From contig OX597825.1 in NCBI GenBank assembly GCA_951406725.2, positions 14,900,001-15,024,000 of the forward strand: a DNA stretch of 124,000 nucleotides. Reading direction: 5' to 3'. The translations under genes were made by a program, and so were the position numbers. Each line of letters begins with the position of its first letter. The stretch's first letter is position 1. Origin of the DNA: Octopus vulgaris. Its lineage: Eukaryota. The notes under the pieces are model-generated. The model had not been told where the DNA came from. It made no database searches and worked only from the letters and a program-made list of their open reading frames with translations. Below, piece by piece: positions 73,342 through 87,531 of this stretch.

Positions 73342-76300
73342 CATACATATTAGTTTATCTCAGAGTTAAGAATTATATAAAACTCACTTCTCTTGCACAA
73401 AATTAAGAAAATTAAAAAATATTTTCAAACAAAAGAGAAGAAAAAAGAATGAAATGAAATTTGATAAAAACGTTACGTATAACATGTTAAGTACAATCAC
73501 ATATTGAAAATACATTTAAAGTAAATAATAAAATGAACGATTTAGGAAAACATGAAATAAATGCAAGTAAAACAGTTTACTTTGATTGCACAACTATGCC
73601 ATTGTAGAAGAATGTGAGGTGTTAATTACAGAATTTGGTAAGGGATATAGCTCACTTTAGTTTTGTTCATAATCTACTATAGATGATATTTACTTTGGTT
73701 TCATATTCATACCAGTTATTTGTTGATAGAGAATTATATGAACCACACACACACAGATACACACACACAATCTATGTATGTATGTGTCTCTCTCTCATAC
73801 TCACATATATGAAAATATCATACTTGCTTGTAAATTTTAAATACTTCAAACGCAAGCCTGTTTAAGCAACATATATAGAATTTTATGCATACGGAGACAT
73901 ACTGAGAAACTTTGTTATGATTGCCATATGCAAATGCTATTTTTTCTCTATACCTAGAATAGAGAAAAATGGTAAAGTGTCAGTGATATTAATCTTAAGT
74001 ATTCTCGTTTGGTTTCAATATCAATGCTCCAAGGCGTTTGGCTAAATTAATAAAGATAATACAGATTAAAACAAATTTCTTGTAACTGTCTCAAATTAAG
74101 TCCTACATGTAAATTTTAAAAAGAAACAAAAACAAATATTCATTATATAGTTTTGCCATGAGAAAATTATTTAACATTACAGTTGGAAATTGAGCTGTCC
74201 AATTTCGATAAATTGCTGTCCAGGGAATACCAATGTATCTAATTCATCTTGCCAGGTATATTAACAATAAAAAACGCTAGGAATTGATGCCTGGATATTC
74301 CATGCCCTATATTACAGTGTTGTCATATTGGAGTTAATCACTGAAGCAACGCAAATAATGGAGAGTTGTTAAAGTAGACAATAAACTAATATATATCTGA
74401 ATTGTAAGCTCTAGTGTTAAATTTCAAATTCCGAAATACTTAGGCCATTTCTTATTTCTTTGCCAACAGCCCACTCAAGTGAAACAGCATGGTGTTATTG
74501 AAGCAACACAACCAAAGCAATATATTACTATATTGATATAAATGGTAATACTCAGTTTGATTTCATTTTATTTACTAGAACAACGTTCTTCCACATAGGA
74601 TGCTGGTTACTTTAGCAATTATTCTGTTTATAAAACGATTACTCAAGCTGCATCATCTGTTAATTTTCCATAAATTTATGCTACCTTAATATGCTAATGG
74701 AAAATTCCAAATGCATCTTGACAGCGAATCCCATAAAGTGCAGTTTTATCACTTGTTTGTTTGAAAGTCATTCATCCAGTATCATTTGAACGTCAATCAC
74801 CGTATATCATTAGACACGTAAATCTTCGTCGATTCTATGGAAGAAAGGAAATCAATCCGAAGCAGATGTTGCTTAGCAGATCCGACAATTGTCCTACAAA
74901 GTTATTGGAAAAATGATTGAAATATCAGCAAACTCATGTATCAAGTAAAATATGATCCTAAGCATTCGTATAGAATAATTACCTTAATGTTGAGAATGAA
75001 TTGTCATAGTTTTGTATTTGTTTGACGATATGCCATCGTATATGAGTCGAAACAATATGCTATATTTCTACACGGTATATCTTTCTGGATAACGCCCATA
75101 CGGTAAACTATCAAAGAACATCTATCATAATATTCAGGTTATAGGAAACATCCTTAAGATGAACAGTTTTTAATATTGTTTACCAGTCAAAGGCGGTAAG
75201 CAGACAACCGCTAACGGGCAAAATGCTTAGCAGCATTTCTTCCAACATTACTTTGTGAGTTCAAATGCCACCGAGGTTTACTTGGTCTTTTATATTTTCA
75301 GATTCGATAAAATAATTACCAGTGAAGTAATGAGGTTGATGTAATCGATTTATTCACTCTGCCGATATTGTTGGCCATGAGCCAGAATTTGAAACAACCA
75401 ATATCGTTGACAATTCTTGAAATGAAAAGTTTTATGAAAGAACGAAAATGTAACAGATATTATTAATTTATTAAGTTCATTATAGTTATGTTTTTGCGTT
75501 AATATTTGCACCCTTATAAGTCAGTTGTAAGCTGATATATCACCAAAGAACTCTTATGCACGGGCTTCATGTATGTTTCCATGTCTGTAACTTTACATCT
75601 CCCGTGGGTTTTTCAAATTCACAAGATGGCATTTTGTAATTTGTCTACTATGTGTATTTAGTTAAGGAAACACTTTGAGATTCCATATAATTTATTTCTA
75701 CATTAAATTCACACATAAACATACTTCTGTAAAAAAAGAGAAAAATATCACTAAATATGTATTTAGCTTAAGCATATTCTCCATCTTCACAGCCTGCTCT
75801 ACAGGCATTTTAATTACCAATTAAGTTTATTTTCGAATTCCACAAATCAATTATAACGGTATCATTTGCATGCGTTAGGAATAAATAATACACATTAAAT
75901 TCAATATCAATGCACCACTTATTCTTATAGTCTCTGATACCTGTTCATATTAAACCGCCTTCCGCAGCTAAACATGAATATGTTCACAGTATATAACTAT
76001 ATACAATCCATGCCGTCTCTTTTAACTAAATGTGATGGAAAAAATGTGAATATAATGAAAAAAATAGACATTAAGGGAACACGTTGTAACGCATTCTCTA
76101 AAAAAGTACATCTATTCACAACTCGAAGTCCAGGTCTAAAATATTCAGTTCATTTGCATAATAGACGCAATACGATTATGAATATTAGTGCAGGACTAAT
76201 AACACGCACAATTATCAAGCCATAAAGCAGCAGCTTCCATCCATACCCGCTCTGTATTATCTTCATCTATTAAAATGAAACAGATCGCCAAATGCATTCA

Positions 76301-78294
76301 CTCTATAGTTCCACTTAGTAATAGTAGTTCTATAGATAACGAAAGCCCCGTAATTAAACCACAGTAAAATAAACACACCACGCAACACAATGACAATTAC
76401 CACTCATTAATATAATACACTGGATAAAGCTTAAAGCACCGCATGCTCGTCATCTTCTATGCGACGCTGTATCACATCCAATGCACCAGCAACATAACAG
76501 CATTCATATTTACACAAGTAATTTCCTATCAAATAATATTAACATACATAACATCACATACTCCACCAAATCAATCACCGGCATTTAATCACAGAATACA
76601 AATAACTCGCAAATAGAAAATCGCATAAGGAAAACAACTTCCATTTTATGAAGCAGGGTTGACATCTAAGTAATGTCGGTGTGTCTAAGCGACCACGTGA
76701 CTCGCTCGAAATGACAGCTAAATTTCTCTTATATGACAGACTATTGTCTTTAAAAACCACGATAACACTGAGCAATGTTTTACTATATACACAGAGAAGC
76801 GGGATATTGACTGTTGATTATCAGTCATTTGAAGTACTTTTGAACTGGATTTAAATAACAAAACAAGTCAGTTCACATAGGAAATTTTTTGCACAAGGAA
76901 AGGGCGGAACATCAACAGAAAAATCAACAAATGACATCTTGATGCCGTACTTTTCTCAAATAAAGCGCTTCATACGAATACTATGGTACATTTGTAGTTT
77001 ATGCAGATACTTGCATAAGATGTTGCAGAGATGAAAATGCTGATGACGATGATGACAATGCTGATGATGACGTCAGGGAGGATGATAATGAGTAAGAGGA
77101 AGGAAAATATCATGAAAATGATGATAATAATGATAATGATGATGATTGTAACAACCATCATACCAATAAAATGGAAAGGCGGCAGTTAAGATAAGAACAA
77201 AATATAAAACTATGCATTAAAAATGCCGAAAATACAGCAACATTGAATAAGAATAACAATCGGTTTACATCTTCTTTAAGTACATGCGTAAGCCGATATA
77301 TCGCAGCGAACAAAAGCCTACAATTTGAATAGCAGAGCGAGAGTGAAAGAAAGTGGTAATAATCTACAGAAATCGGCCATTTTAATTGATTTCTAAAAAT
77401 CACAAATTTGAGCATAGTATTAATCAATGCTTCTCTGTAAATTAACTCTTTCTAAAGATACGTTACATTCTAAGTTTTCATTTAATTCTGCACGCAGAAT
77501 CTCATTACAACTTTAATTTGAAATTCTAACAGCTTTGTAAATTTTGTACATTTGATCAATTTAATTGCGCTGATAAATGACATCGATATGTGGAGGTAAT
77601 GCATGCGTGGATAATGTCAGTATATGTTTTATAACATTTAATTTAATAATTCTGGCAATTGTGTTTCTATCAAGAATATTTTAGATCCAGTTTCAAGAAA
77701 AATTATACTTAACTTTTGAAATACATTAATATTTAATATTGATTCAAGGCAATATAATATATTCATGGCGGTAAATAATGGTAGCATTTATCATTGAAAT
77801 GAAAAAAGCACAAACGTGCTTTATGTATAAAAGAAACGTATGGAGATGATATTTTACTTGTTCTACATTATTTTATGGAATTTATATTACAAGAATAAAT
77901 TGCTTTTCTTAATTTCTTCTCGTTGTCTCTACTAATTGTTTTCTGTGCGTATAAATTTTAGATTGATGAATTTGCTTTTCGTGTAAATGGATGCGCGCTT
78001 ATATAAAGGAATCGATTGCTCTAGATATTTCGGTTCCTTACGCGTAGGCATAAAAGAATACTCTATATAGATTCATGATGCAAATGCTTCATTCCATATG
78101 CATGTTCCAGAATTTCGTTACTATTTTGGGTAACACTTTTCAAGCCATGTGAGGATGAAGAGAATATTCTTTTCACTGAGCTTATTTGATCAATGTGTTA
78201 GAAGCCAAAACGTTAATATATGCATAAAATTCGATTTAGGGTGAAAGTCAGTGCAACGTAGTCTTGATCAGGGTATTGCTGTATATACATAGGG

Positions 78295-78460
78295 AGAATT
78301 CACAAAAAAACAAAACAAAGGATGAAGACAAGTGGTGTAGAAAACAAACAGATGTTTTAGTTTAACGCTCGGGAAGTGAAAAAGTCTTTAACGTTTCGAG
78401 CCTACGCTCTTCAACAGAAAGGAATACAGAAAGAAATAAGGAGAGAAAATAAAGAGAGAA
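78295..78460 (-). mobile_element. Short non-autonomous repeat carrying an HHR-like motif
   Basis: Close homolog at 92105-92290; joined through a (TA)n tract to the 3' half of a SINE B (78540-78770). Confidence 0.8.
78386..78421 (-). ncRNA. Minimal type I hammerhead-like motif with variant core
   Basis: CTTT-CTGTTGA-A-GAGC(gtag)GCTC-GAAA-CG-TT-AAAG: stem I 4 bp, stem II 4 bp, palindromic ACGT stem III, A6->U core change. Confidence 0.55.
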
Positions 78461-78469
78461 ATGTGTGTG

Positions 78470-78541
<72 letters not shown>

Positions 78542-79303
78542 TGCGTGTGTTTGTATGTCTTTGTTTGTTCCCCTAGCATTGCTTGACAACCGATGCTGGT
78601 GTGTTTACGACCCCGTTACTTAGCGGTTCGGCAAAAGAGACCGATAGAATAGGTACTGGGCTTACAAAATAATAAGTCCCAGGGTCGAGTTGCTCGATTA
78701 AAGGCGGTGCTCCAGCATGGCCGCAGTCAAATGACTGAAACAAGTAAAAGATTAAAAGAGTAAAAGAGTATATATATATACATACACATATATATAACTT
78801 TTAAATTTGTTCACGGAAAACGTTTTCCATATGCAAATATGGCTCCTAGGCTATATAGAATAGTGTATGTGTGTGCGCGTCCGTGTAGGCATGCGTACAC
78901 ATTAGTGAAATGAGGGAATATATAGTAAGCGGAACATGAACAAGTATATCACATATAAATTTCGACAATGTAAAGAAATGGATAATGCGTAGAGAAATAA
79001 AATATTATCGTATCACTTAAGAATTATGCACAAATAAAATACACTGAATGAAAAACAAACCCAAGACACAAAGTAACGCTTTAGTTGTATTCTTCAATGT
79101 AAAGAACGTAAAATAATATTGACTTGGGTAAAGAAAACAGGGACGATAGTAAGAGTACAGCTCCTATTTACATAGCACTCACACATACACCTACACATAC
79201 ACACAATATTCAGAATGCATATTTTGCATTATTTATGTCTGGTGCATCAAGGCACTGTAAAGTTAAATCTCCATTCGCGTAATATGCCCTTTAGAATGTA
79301 TTT

Positions 79304-79720
79304 AAGTTGCCGAGCTGGCAGAAACGTTAGCACGCCGGGCGAGATGCTTAGCTGTATTTCGTCTGTCGTTACGTTCTGAGTTCAAATTCCGCCGAGGTAG
79401 ACTTTGCCTTTCATCCTTTCGAGATCGATAAATTAAGTACCAGTTACGCAGTGGGGTCGATTTAATCGGCTTAATCCGTTTGTCTGTCCCTGTTTGCCCT
79501 CTCTGTGTTCAGCCCCTTGTGGGTAATAAAGAAATAGGTATATCGTCTGCCGTTACGTTCTGAGTTTGAATTCCACCGAGGTCGACTTTGCCTTTCATCC
79601 TTTCGGGGTCGATAAATTAAGTACCAGTTACGCACTGGGATCGATGTAAGCGACTTAATCTCTTCGTCTGTCCTTGTTTGCCCCCTCTATGTTTAGCTCC
79701 TTGTGGGAAATAAAGAAATA
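79304..79720 (+). mobile_element. SINE family A tandem dimer
   Basis: Second unit starts internally (aaagaaatag|gtat.tcgtctgccgttacgttc); putative TSD agaatgtattt/agagtgtattt at 79293-79303 and 79721-79731. Confidence 0.9.
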
Positions 79721-81479
79721 AGAGTGTATTTTGATGCTGATATACACTCTTGTTATAAATATATTGCTCATATCTACATTATGCTGCTGGCATCGGGCAA
79801 TTACTGATTAATTTGATTTATTTAAATTTCTATGATGTACCCAAGTTGTATTGTATGTTATACGTTTATATACACCCGCTCATGTCTTATGCTATGTAGT
79901 CATTAAAGTCATTATTATATTAAGGGGTTTTCATTAGGTTCCTAAACCTTATCAGTTAGATTCCCAAATAGCACCATGTTTTAAAACGGCCGGTATTCAG
80001 ATATATTTTCAAACAGTCAATTAGAATAGGCGAGTCTTGCTTTGAGCATTGTTACTACGAGAGAAAAGTTAGGAATTGAATCACGAATGCACTACTCTAG
80101 GCAGAATATTATTGTTCAAAACCTGCAGGCAAAAAGATAAATAGCCTGACTTATTCATCTCCATTTCAAGCATTTTGAATGTGTATTCCATAATTGATGT
80201 TTTAAAAGAGAAACTTCGCCAAAGTTATAACTGCAAACTTGGCTAAAGTCAGTGGATAGTCGTAAAAAGAAATAATGATATATGGATATATATTATAGAA
80301 GAATCGAAATTTTACTTTTGCTAAACCTCAAAGGTCATTTATCTATGGTCAAATTTTACACTTACCGATTTTATGCAATGCTAAGAAGAATTTGAAAGAG
80401 CATAAGAATATTTTATTACATGTCTTTTTGTCGAATCATCAATACTTCATTTTCATTCTCAATTCTCTCAGTTCAAAAGTTGAAGTGAGGGATAATTTAA
80501 TTTAATTTATTTCGCAGACAACTGAAATTTCTCTGTCAAAGATTCATTGGCTTTTGATGTTTGCAAATCGACTGAAGACATTATAAGTGAGTGTATTAGT
80601 TCATAACCTTTGGTTTACAGCAATATCTGGGGTTAAGTTTGAATATATACAGGAAACAAATTCTCCTGTTGTTGGAAGCCAAAGGAACAATACTGAAATA
80701 AAATAGAAAGAGGGGAGTGAGCAAAGAAGATGAAGGCAAACGAATTGCTGAACTAAGATAGAATAGAGAGAGATGCTTGAGAAGTGTGTGAATTACGTGA
80801 GATAAATAAACATAGGAAATAGGAATACAAGGCTGAGAAAAATAACAAAACGAAGTGATAAGGAGGGGAAACAAGTTACGAACAATATATACAAACATGA
80901 ATCATGGCCAAATGTAGGATAATGGAATGAATAAACGTGCAAGTACATGCATTGGGATATAATTGCAACACACCATTAATGGATAAATATTCGATGAAAC
81001 AATGTTCAGCATCACAAAAGTTTAAGGTTTAAAGCTTGTAACAACCTACAAAATAAAAACAAATCTCCATGTTATCATAACCGATGTGAATATTACTGAA
81101 ATCTTATTCCACGTGACCAAAATTTAACGAAATGTCAAGAGAGCCGTCATCCATTACAACAGTTCAGCCATGATTGTAACACATGCAGTCAGAATTATTG
81201 TTATTCCCATCATAGAAAACCATCATCGCCTCTTCTATATCTGATCGTAAGATCTCTATTAATCTGTAGATAAAACGTAACATTAACAACGCCGGCAAGG
81301 TAGCTCACCAATGCAAAAAGCTTTTTAGTCACTGTTAGTACCAGTATTGCCGCCATTATTCGAGGCCACATTATTATCAAATACCCCGTCATCCAAACAG
81401 CAGAAGCACCAGTATATGTACCATTAAGATTTAGCGTAGCAGCCAGAGTAACAGCAGCAGCGACACGCGCAACCATGAC

Positions 81480-81503
81480 AGCAGCAGCCACAGCAGCAGC
81501 AGC

Positions 81504-81559
<56 letters not shown>

Positions 81560-81605
81560 TAGTAATAATAGCAGCAGCAGCAGCAGTAGTAGTAGCAGTA
81601 ATAAT

Positions 81606-81640
<35 letters not shown>

Positions 81641-81641
81641 T

Positions 81642-81675
<34 letters not shown>

Positions 81676-81689
81676 ATAATAGCAGCAGT

Positions 81690-81721
<32 letters not shown>

Positions 81722-81782
81722 TAGTAGTAGTAATAATAGCAGGAGTAGCAGCAGTAGTAGTAGTAGTAATAATAGCAGCAGT

Positions 81783-81814
<32 letters not shown>

Positions 81815-81836
81815 TAGTAGTAATAATAGCAGCAGT

Positions 81837-81868
<32 letters not shown>

Positions 81869-81917
81869 TAGTAGTAGCAGTAATAATAGCAGCAGAAGTA
81901 GTAGTAGTAGTAGTAGT

Positions 81918-81951
<34 letters not shown>

Positions 81952-81965
81952 ATAATAGCAGCAGT

Positions 81966-82014
<49 letters not shown>

Positions 82015-82043
82015 ATAATAGCAGGAGTAGCAGTAGTAATAAT

Positions 82044-82089
<46 letters not shown>

Positions 82090-82094
82090 ATAAT

Positions 82095-82126
<32 letters not shown>

Positions 82127-82205
82127 TAGTAGTAGTATCAGCAGCAGTAGTAGTAGTAGCAGCAGCAGTAGTAGTAGTAGCAGCAGCAGTAGTAGTAGTA
82201 ATAAT

Positions 82206-82254
<49 letters not shown>

Positions 82255-82259
82255 ATAAT

Positions 82260-82305
<46 letters not shown>

Positions 82306-82502
82306 TCAGCAGCAGTATCAGTAGCAGTAGTAGTAGTAATAATAGCAGCAGCAGTAGTAGTAGTAGCAGCAGCAGTAGCAGTAGTAGTAGTAATAATAGC
82401 AGCAGCAGCAGTAGTAGTAGTAGTAGTAGTAGCAGCAGTAGTAGCAGTAGTAGTAGTAATAATAGCAGCAGCAGTAGTAGTAGTAGTAGTAGTAGTAGCA
82501 GC

Positions 82503-82551
<49 letters not shown>

Positions 82552-82605
82552 TCAGCAGCAGTATCAGTAGTAGTAGTAGTAGTAGTAGCAGCAGCAGCAG
82601 CAGTA
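81480..82605. repeat. ~1.1-kb (GTA)/(GCA)/(ATA) trinucleotide mosaic
   Basis: Directly visible; source of the 406-aa poly-L and 377-aa poly-A/V ORFs. Confidence 0.95.
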
Positions 82606-83323
82606 TAATTGGTATTGTCTTAGTCATGGCCAACACTATGATTGTTGTCAATATTTATATGACTTCCCAGGAAACATTAAAACCTGTTTGAAAGCACCGG
82701 CGATACTAAATGTCAGAGGGAAACACTTTGAAGTGGGATTTACGACTATTGTGTTCGAAATGGTCGAACGCATTAAAATCACGCTCCAGCAAATCTCACG
82801 GCGCCATATAGCGATGACAATTCGCTTCATTTATTTGTAATAAACAGTCAATTTTATAACAATTAAGTCTTTAAAATTTTTATAACTGTTAACACTAGAC
82901 AGACGATCGTATATCACGGCAGCAAAATCCGAAATCTGAAAATCAGGTTCCTTATTGAAGGGAAGAAGATATCGTATAGATTTGCTCTATAGCGTCTCCA
83001 CTATAGAAAATCGGAAAGCGTTTTTATATAAGCCATTTACTTCGCATTATTTTCTAACAGAAAATGTGACCGAGTTATGAAAATTAATTGAAAAATAAAC
83101 TGTTGAAACAAGCAGTTCAAATAAGCAGTTCAATATCATCCTACCTCAAGGGAGTTATTACCTCTTATAAGTTATTACCTCTTCAAAAACAAAATAATGA
83201 AAATAGCAATTGGACGGTTAATGTCTGTGTTATAAGAGGAAGGGATTTTTATTTTATCGTGTATGAAGTATAGTGGGATATCGTTAAATGTATAGGCGTT
83301 CGTAAATCATTATACAAATGTTG

Positions 83324-83384
<61 letters not shown>

Positions 83385-83405
83385 GTATATATATATGTAT
83401 ATATA

Positions 83406-83439
<34 letters not shown>

Positions 83440-83443
<4 letters not shown>

Positions 83444-83985
83444 GGAGTGCTACTGGTAACATGCAATCCAGTACAACCTGTTGCATAGTCGGGTCGTCGT
83501 CGAATAAACCGGCAAACCCACCAAGCTTGCTTGGTCAGGAGGGTGTTTATTGGACACCCTGCGGAATGAAAAACAAAACCCGTCAAAGGGTGGAGGAACT
83601 CTTGAGAGTCAACGGCCATCCAATAAATGTCTTACGGTGGTACCATGCGCGGGGACATAGAAATAATCGGACTGAATACCCGATCGCGCGGTTAAACCAT
83701 TGGGAGTGAAGGACTCCTAGCCTTTGTTAGGGCATCCTTCTAGGAGAAGGTAACTCAGATAACTGGGATAACTCTGACATAAAACATGCGGCCCAGTGGT
83801 TATCGATGATGTTAACTTGTTCTTCTTTTCGGATTATGGCTGCTGTTGTTTAGTGAGTGGGATTGACTCAGTGCACAGCCTTTCCTCACTTCAAAAATAA
83901 ACTTCTTGCACAGGCATTGCACGATAACAACATTGATTAAGATTTGCGCAATGGCCATACTCGATAACGAGGGTGCAGCTACCAT
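83440..83985 (+). mobile_element. ~545-bp non-coding element within (TA)-type repeats, RTE 5' UTR-like
   Basis: GC-richer, with several short hairpins (agggtgt/acaccct, ccttct/agaagg). The ctaggagaaggtaactc motif recalls RTE-clade 5' UTRs (from memory, unverified). Confidence 0.45.
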
Positions 83986-84198
83986 ATATATATCCTCTTA
84001 TCTTTTACTTGTTTCAGACGTTTGAATCTGCCGATGCTGGGGCAGTGATTTTAATCGCAGAAATCGACCTCAGGACTTAAGTTTGTAAGCTTAGTACTTA
84101 TTCTATCAGACTGTTTTGACAAGCCGCTAAGTTACAGGGACGTAAACGCACCAACATCAGTTGTCAAGCGATGGTAGGGGGGGATACACAGAAAGGAA

Positions 84199-84241
<43 letters not shown>

Positions 84242-84299
84242 CGACAGGCTTCTTTCTGTTTCCATCTACCAAATCCACTGGATCATAAAGAGCAAAAGG

Positions 84300-85200
84300 C
84301 AGCCCAAATCAATGAAAAGTCTTCAACTGCAGGTCAACAACATCGAAACCGACAGTAAAATAATGGGGTAAACCTAACTGTGACATATGTGTCAAACTCA
84401 TTGAGGTATCGGAATTCTCCTTGAAACAGGGTCAACGTTTTGCAATGAATAACAACTTCACATATGCATTGGAAAACCTAATATATGTACTAACTTGCTC
84501 AAGATGTCGAGAACGATATATTGGTCGAACTAAAAACAGTATACGCCAGAGGATGACGGTATATAGAACCCACATTAAAATACAGGAATACAGAAAAATA
84601 GGATTAAGCGACCACATGGATATTTGCGCCACAAACGAAATATCGAACTTAAGAGTTTTCCCCTCTATAAATTCAGGGACCGTGCAATCATTAATCTGAG
84701 CATTAACAATTCAGCATATTTCATCGCAAAATATAAATCTATTTTGAATGCTTCCGTCACAGCTGAAGCTACTACAAGAATTTAGAACAATTCCAACCAT
84801 TACAGCTACGACTAGAACAGGTCACTTTTAGGCCATTTGACCATTAAAGAAGATTCCACGAACAATATATTGTTTCACACCACTCCTGTATTTTCTTTTC
84901 TTTCTCCTTCTTCTTGTTTCCTTACTCTTACTTCTACATCTCCTTCTTCTTCTCCTCCACTTCCTCCTCTTTCTTCTTCTTCTTCCTGTTCTTCTTCTCC
85001 CCTCTCAGCTATTCCTGCCTAAACCATCAACTCTCTGTACTCATAAAACTATTTACATAAAACTGTTCACAAAAGAAGAGAAAGAGAGACAGATATTTGA
85101 AGATTATGAAAATATTTACAAAGCATTTCACTGAATTGTTTTTTTTCGTATTTTATCCTTAGCTGAAAAATCTAAGTGGGAAACCGGTACTAAAAGGTAC
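84300..85200 (+). mobile_element. Penelope-like element 3' remnant (GIY-YIG endonuclease plus decayed HHR)
   Basis: ORF 84421-84699 NLIYVLTCSRCRERYIGRTKNSIRQRM...HMDIC is a GIY-YIG motif with a CxxC insertion, preceded by KPNCDICVKL; HHR-like motif at 85160-85192. Confidence 0.85.
85160..85192 (+). ncRNA. Decayed hammerhead-like motif
   Basis: TAG-CTGAAAA-atctaagtgg-GAAA-CCGG-TA-CTA: stem I TAG/CTA, palindromic ACCGGT stem III, GUA triplet. G8 is lost and stem II is broken. Confidence 0.45.
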
Positions 85201-85248
85201 TTCCTGACAAAATTATTTTATAAACATCTTCTACGCTACAACTGTTTA

Positions 85249-85283
<35 letters not shown>

Positions 85284-85301
85284 CTTATTATATATATATA
85301 T

Positions 85302-85373
<72 letters not shown>

Positions 85374-85965
85374 TGGAATTATGTATGTGTGTGCGTACGC
85401 GTGTGCGCCTATCTCAGATGCGTGAGCGTCCTGGTGTTTTATTTTACACTACTCTTCAGAGCAAGAAATAGAAGGTAAAATGAACTTAAAATGACACCTA
85501 GCTTAAAGTACTTAGGTGTCTATTTTTCAGTTAGAGCGATTGGTTAATTCCTCTTTAGTACACTAAATGCTCAGTAATGTTAGGGAATATGATATATGTT
85601 TCTTCTTTTGTTTCTTCACTTCGAATACATATTATCGGATTTTGCTGTCAACTTCGTACGTTTGTCATTCAATTTGATAATTCGGTCATTTAAAGTCGCG
85701 AAAAATGTTAGCGCCGTGAAGTTACCCATTCGAATTCGTTTTAAGATTATTCAAGTTCGCGCTTCCATCAAAGCATATGGCATTGACATCATTCAAATTA
85801 AAATGCCCGTCGAGAGCATTCAAATTATTCACAGTGCATGGAAGCGTCTTTTCGGGCAATGAAATTCGCACGTAACCATTCGAGTTCGGAATAAATTGAT
85901 CAGTTTAGCAGTAACTTTACATGTGTAATTTATCTCATATTTTAAGAAGTGAATATTAACAATGA

Positions 85966-86288
85966 GAAGGCGCATGGCTTAGTGGTTAGGGCATTCGGCT
86001 GACGATTGTAAGGTCAGGAGTTCGATTCCCGGCGATGCGTTGTGTCCTTGAGCAAGACACTTTATTTCACGTTGCTCCAGTTCCACTCAGCTGGCAAAAA
86101 TGAGTTGTACCTGTTTCAAAGGGCCGGCATTGTCACACTTTATGTCACGCTGAATCTCCCTGAGAACTACGTTAAGGGTACTCGTGTCTGTGGATTGCTC
86201 GGTCACTTGCACGTTAATTCCACGAGCAAGCAGTTCCGTTGATCGTTTCAGCTGGGACCCTCGTCGTCGTAACCGACGGAGTGCTCCT
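85966..86288 (+). mobile_element. tRNA-derived SINE, M centre plus T1 tail
   Basis: 12-bp TSD tattaacaatga at 85954-85965 and 86289-86300. Confidence 0.95.
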
Positions 86289-86984
86289 TATTAACAATGA
86301 CAAATTTAAGTGGCATATATTGTCAAGTAAATAATATACTTCGTAATGGGGCAGCAGTTGTATGATATTTTTATCGAACATCCATAAAAAATCTTCGTTT
86401 AGTTATGGTTCACAGGAAAATGTTGATGCAATAATGTCACGAATTACTTGCCTACGTTAATCTTAAGATTTAAGAGAAATGGAAGTCGGAACTAATAGTT
86501 TAGCCACATCTAGTTTTAGATTCCATATTTTTTAATTGGAGGTTTCTAAGATACAGTATCTTCAAAGCAGTTGTTAGCTTGGGCTTTGTTATAGTTAGGG
86601 ACTGCTTTATCAAATGTTTCCTTTGAAGTGGAGTGATTAGATATTCTTTCATTAATGTTGGCTATCAGGTTTTTAAACATTATAGTGGGTAGACAGATCT
86701 GCTTGTGTATATATGTGTGTTTCTCATCTGGTTATTGACAGGAATGCGAGATCAAGACTCGTGGAACGCCATAGAAATCAATCTTGGACTGATTAGTGGT
86801 TATAGAAATGTTGAATCCTAATTGGTTATCGTGTTGTCACGGCATGAAACTATTGTTAGCTATTCTTTAAATACTGTGTATAATTAATTATATGATACTA
86901 CAAATAACCGAACAGAAGACTGCATATATAGACAGGTATATGTATATATATAAGTATATGTATATATATATATTCTTTCTTTCT

Positions 86985-87392
86985 TTTGCTTGTTTCAGTC
87001 ATTTGACTGCGGCCATGCTGGAGCACCGCCTTTAGTCGAGGAGCAAATCGATCCCGGGACTTATTCTTTTGTCAGGCCAGTACTTATTCTATCGGTCTCT
87101 TTTGCCGAACCGCTAAGTGACGGGGACATAAACACACCAGCATCGGTTGTCAAGCAATGCTAGGGGGACAAACATATACACACAAACATATACACACACA
87201 CTTATATATATATATATATATATATACATATATACGACAGGCTTCTTTCAGTTTCCGTCTACCAAATCCACTCACAAGGCATTGGTCGGCCCGGGGCTAT
87301 AGCAGAAGACACTTGCCCAAGATGCCACGCAGTGGGACTGAACCCGGAACCATGTGGTTGGTTAGCAAGCTACTTACCACACCGCCACTCCT
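86985..87392 (-). mobile_element. SINE family B
   Basis: Near-identical to other full copies. Confidence 0.9.
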
Positions 87393-87458
87393 AATATTTG
87401 GGAGTAAATCCAAACTTACAGGGAAAAATTAGATTTAGGATTAAATCTAATTTTATAG

Positions 87459-87526
<68 letters not shown>

Positions 87527-87531
<5 letters not shown>

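Noticed and set aside
74745-74915. Open frame VIHPVSFERQSPYIIRHVNLRRFYGRKEINPKQM...
   Set aside because: Short, ends in a stop, and has no recognised homology.
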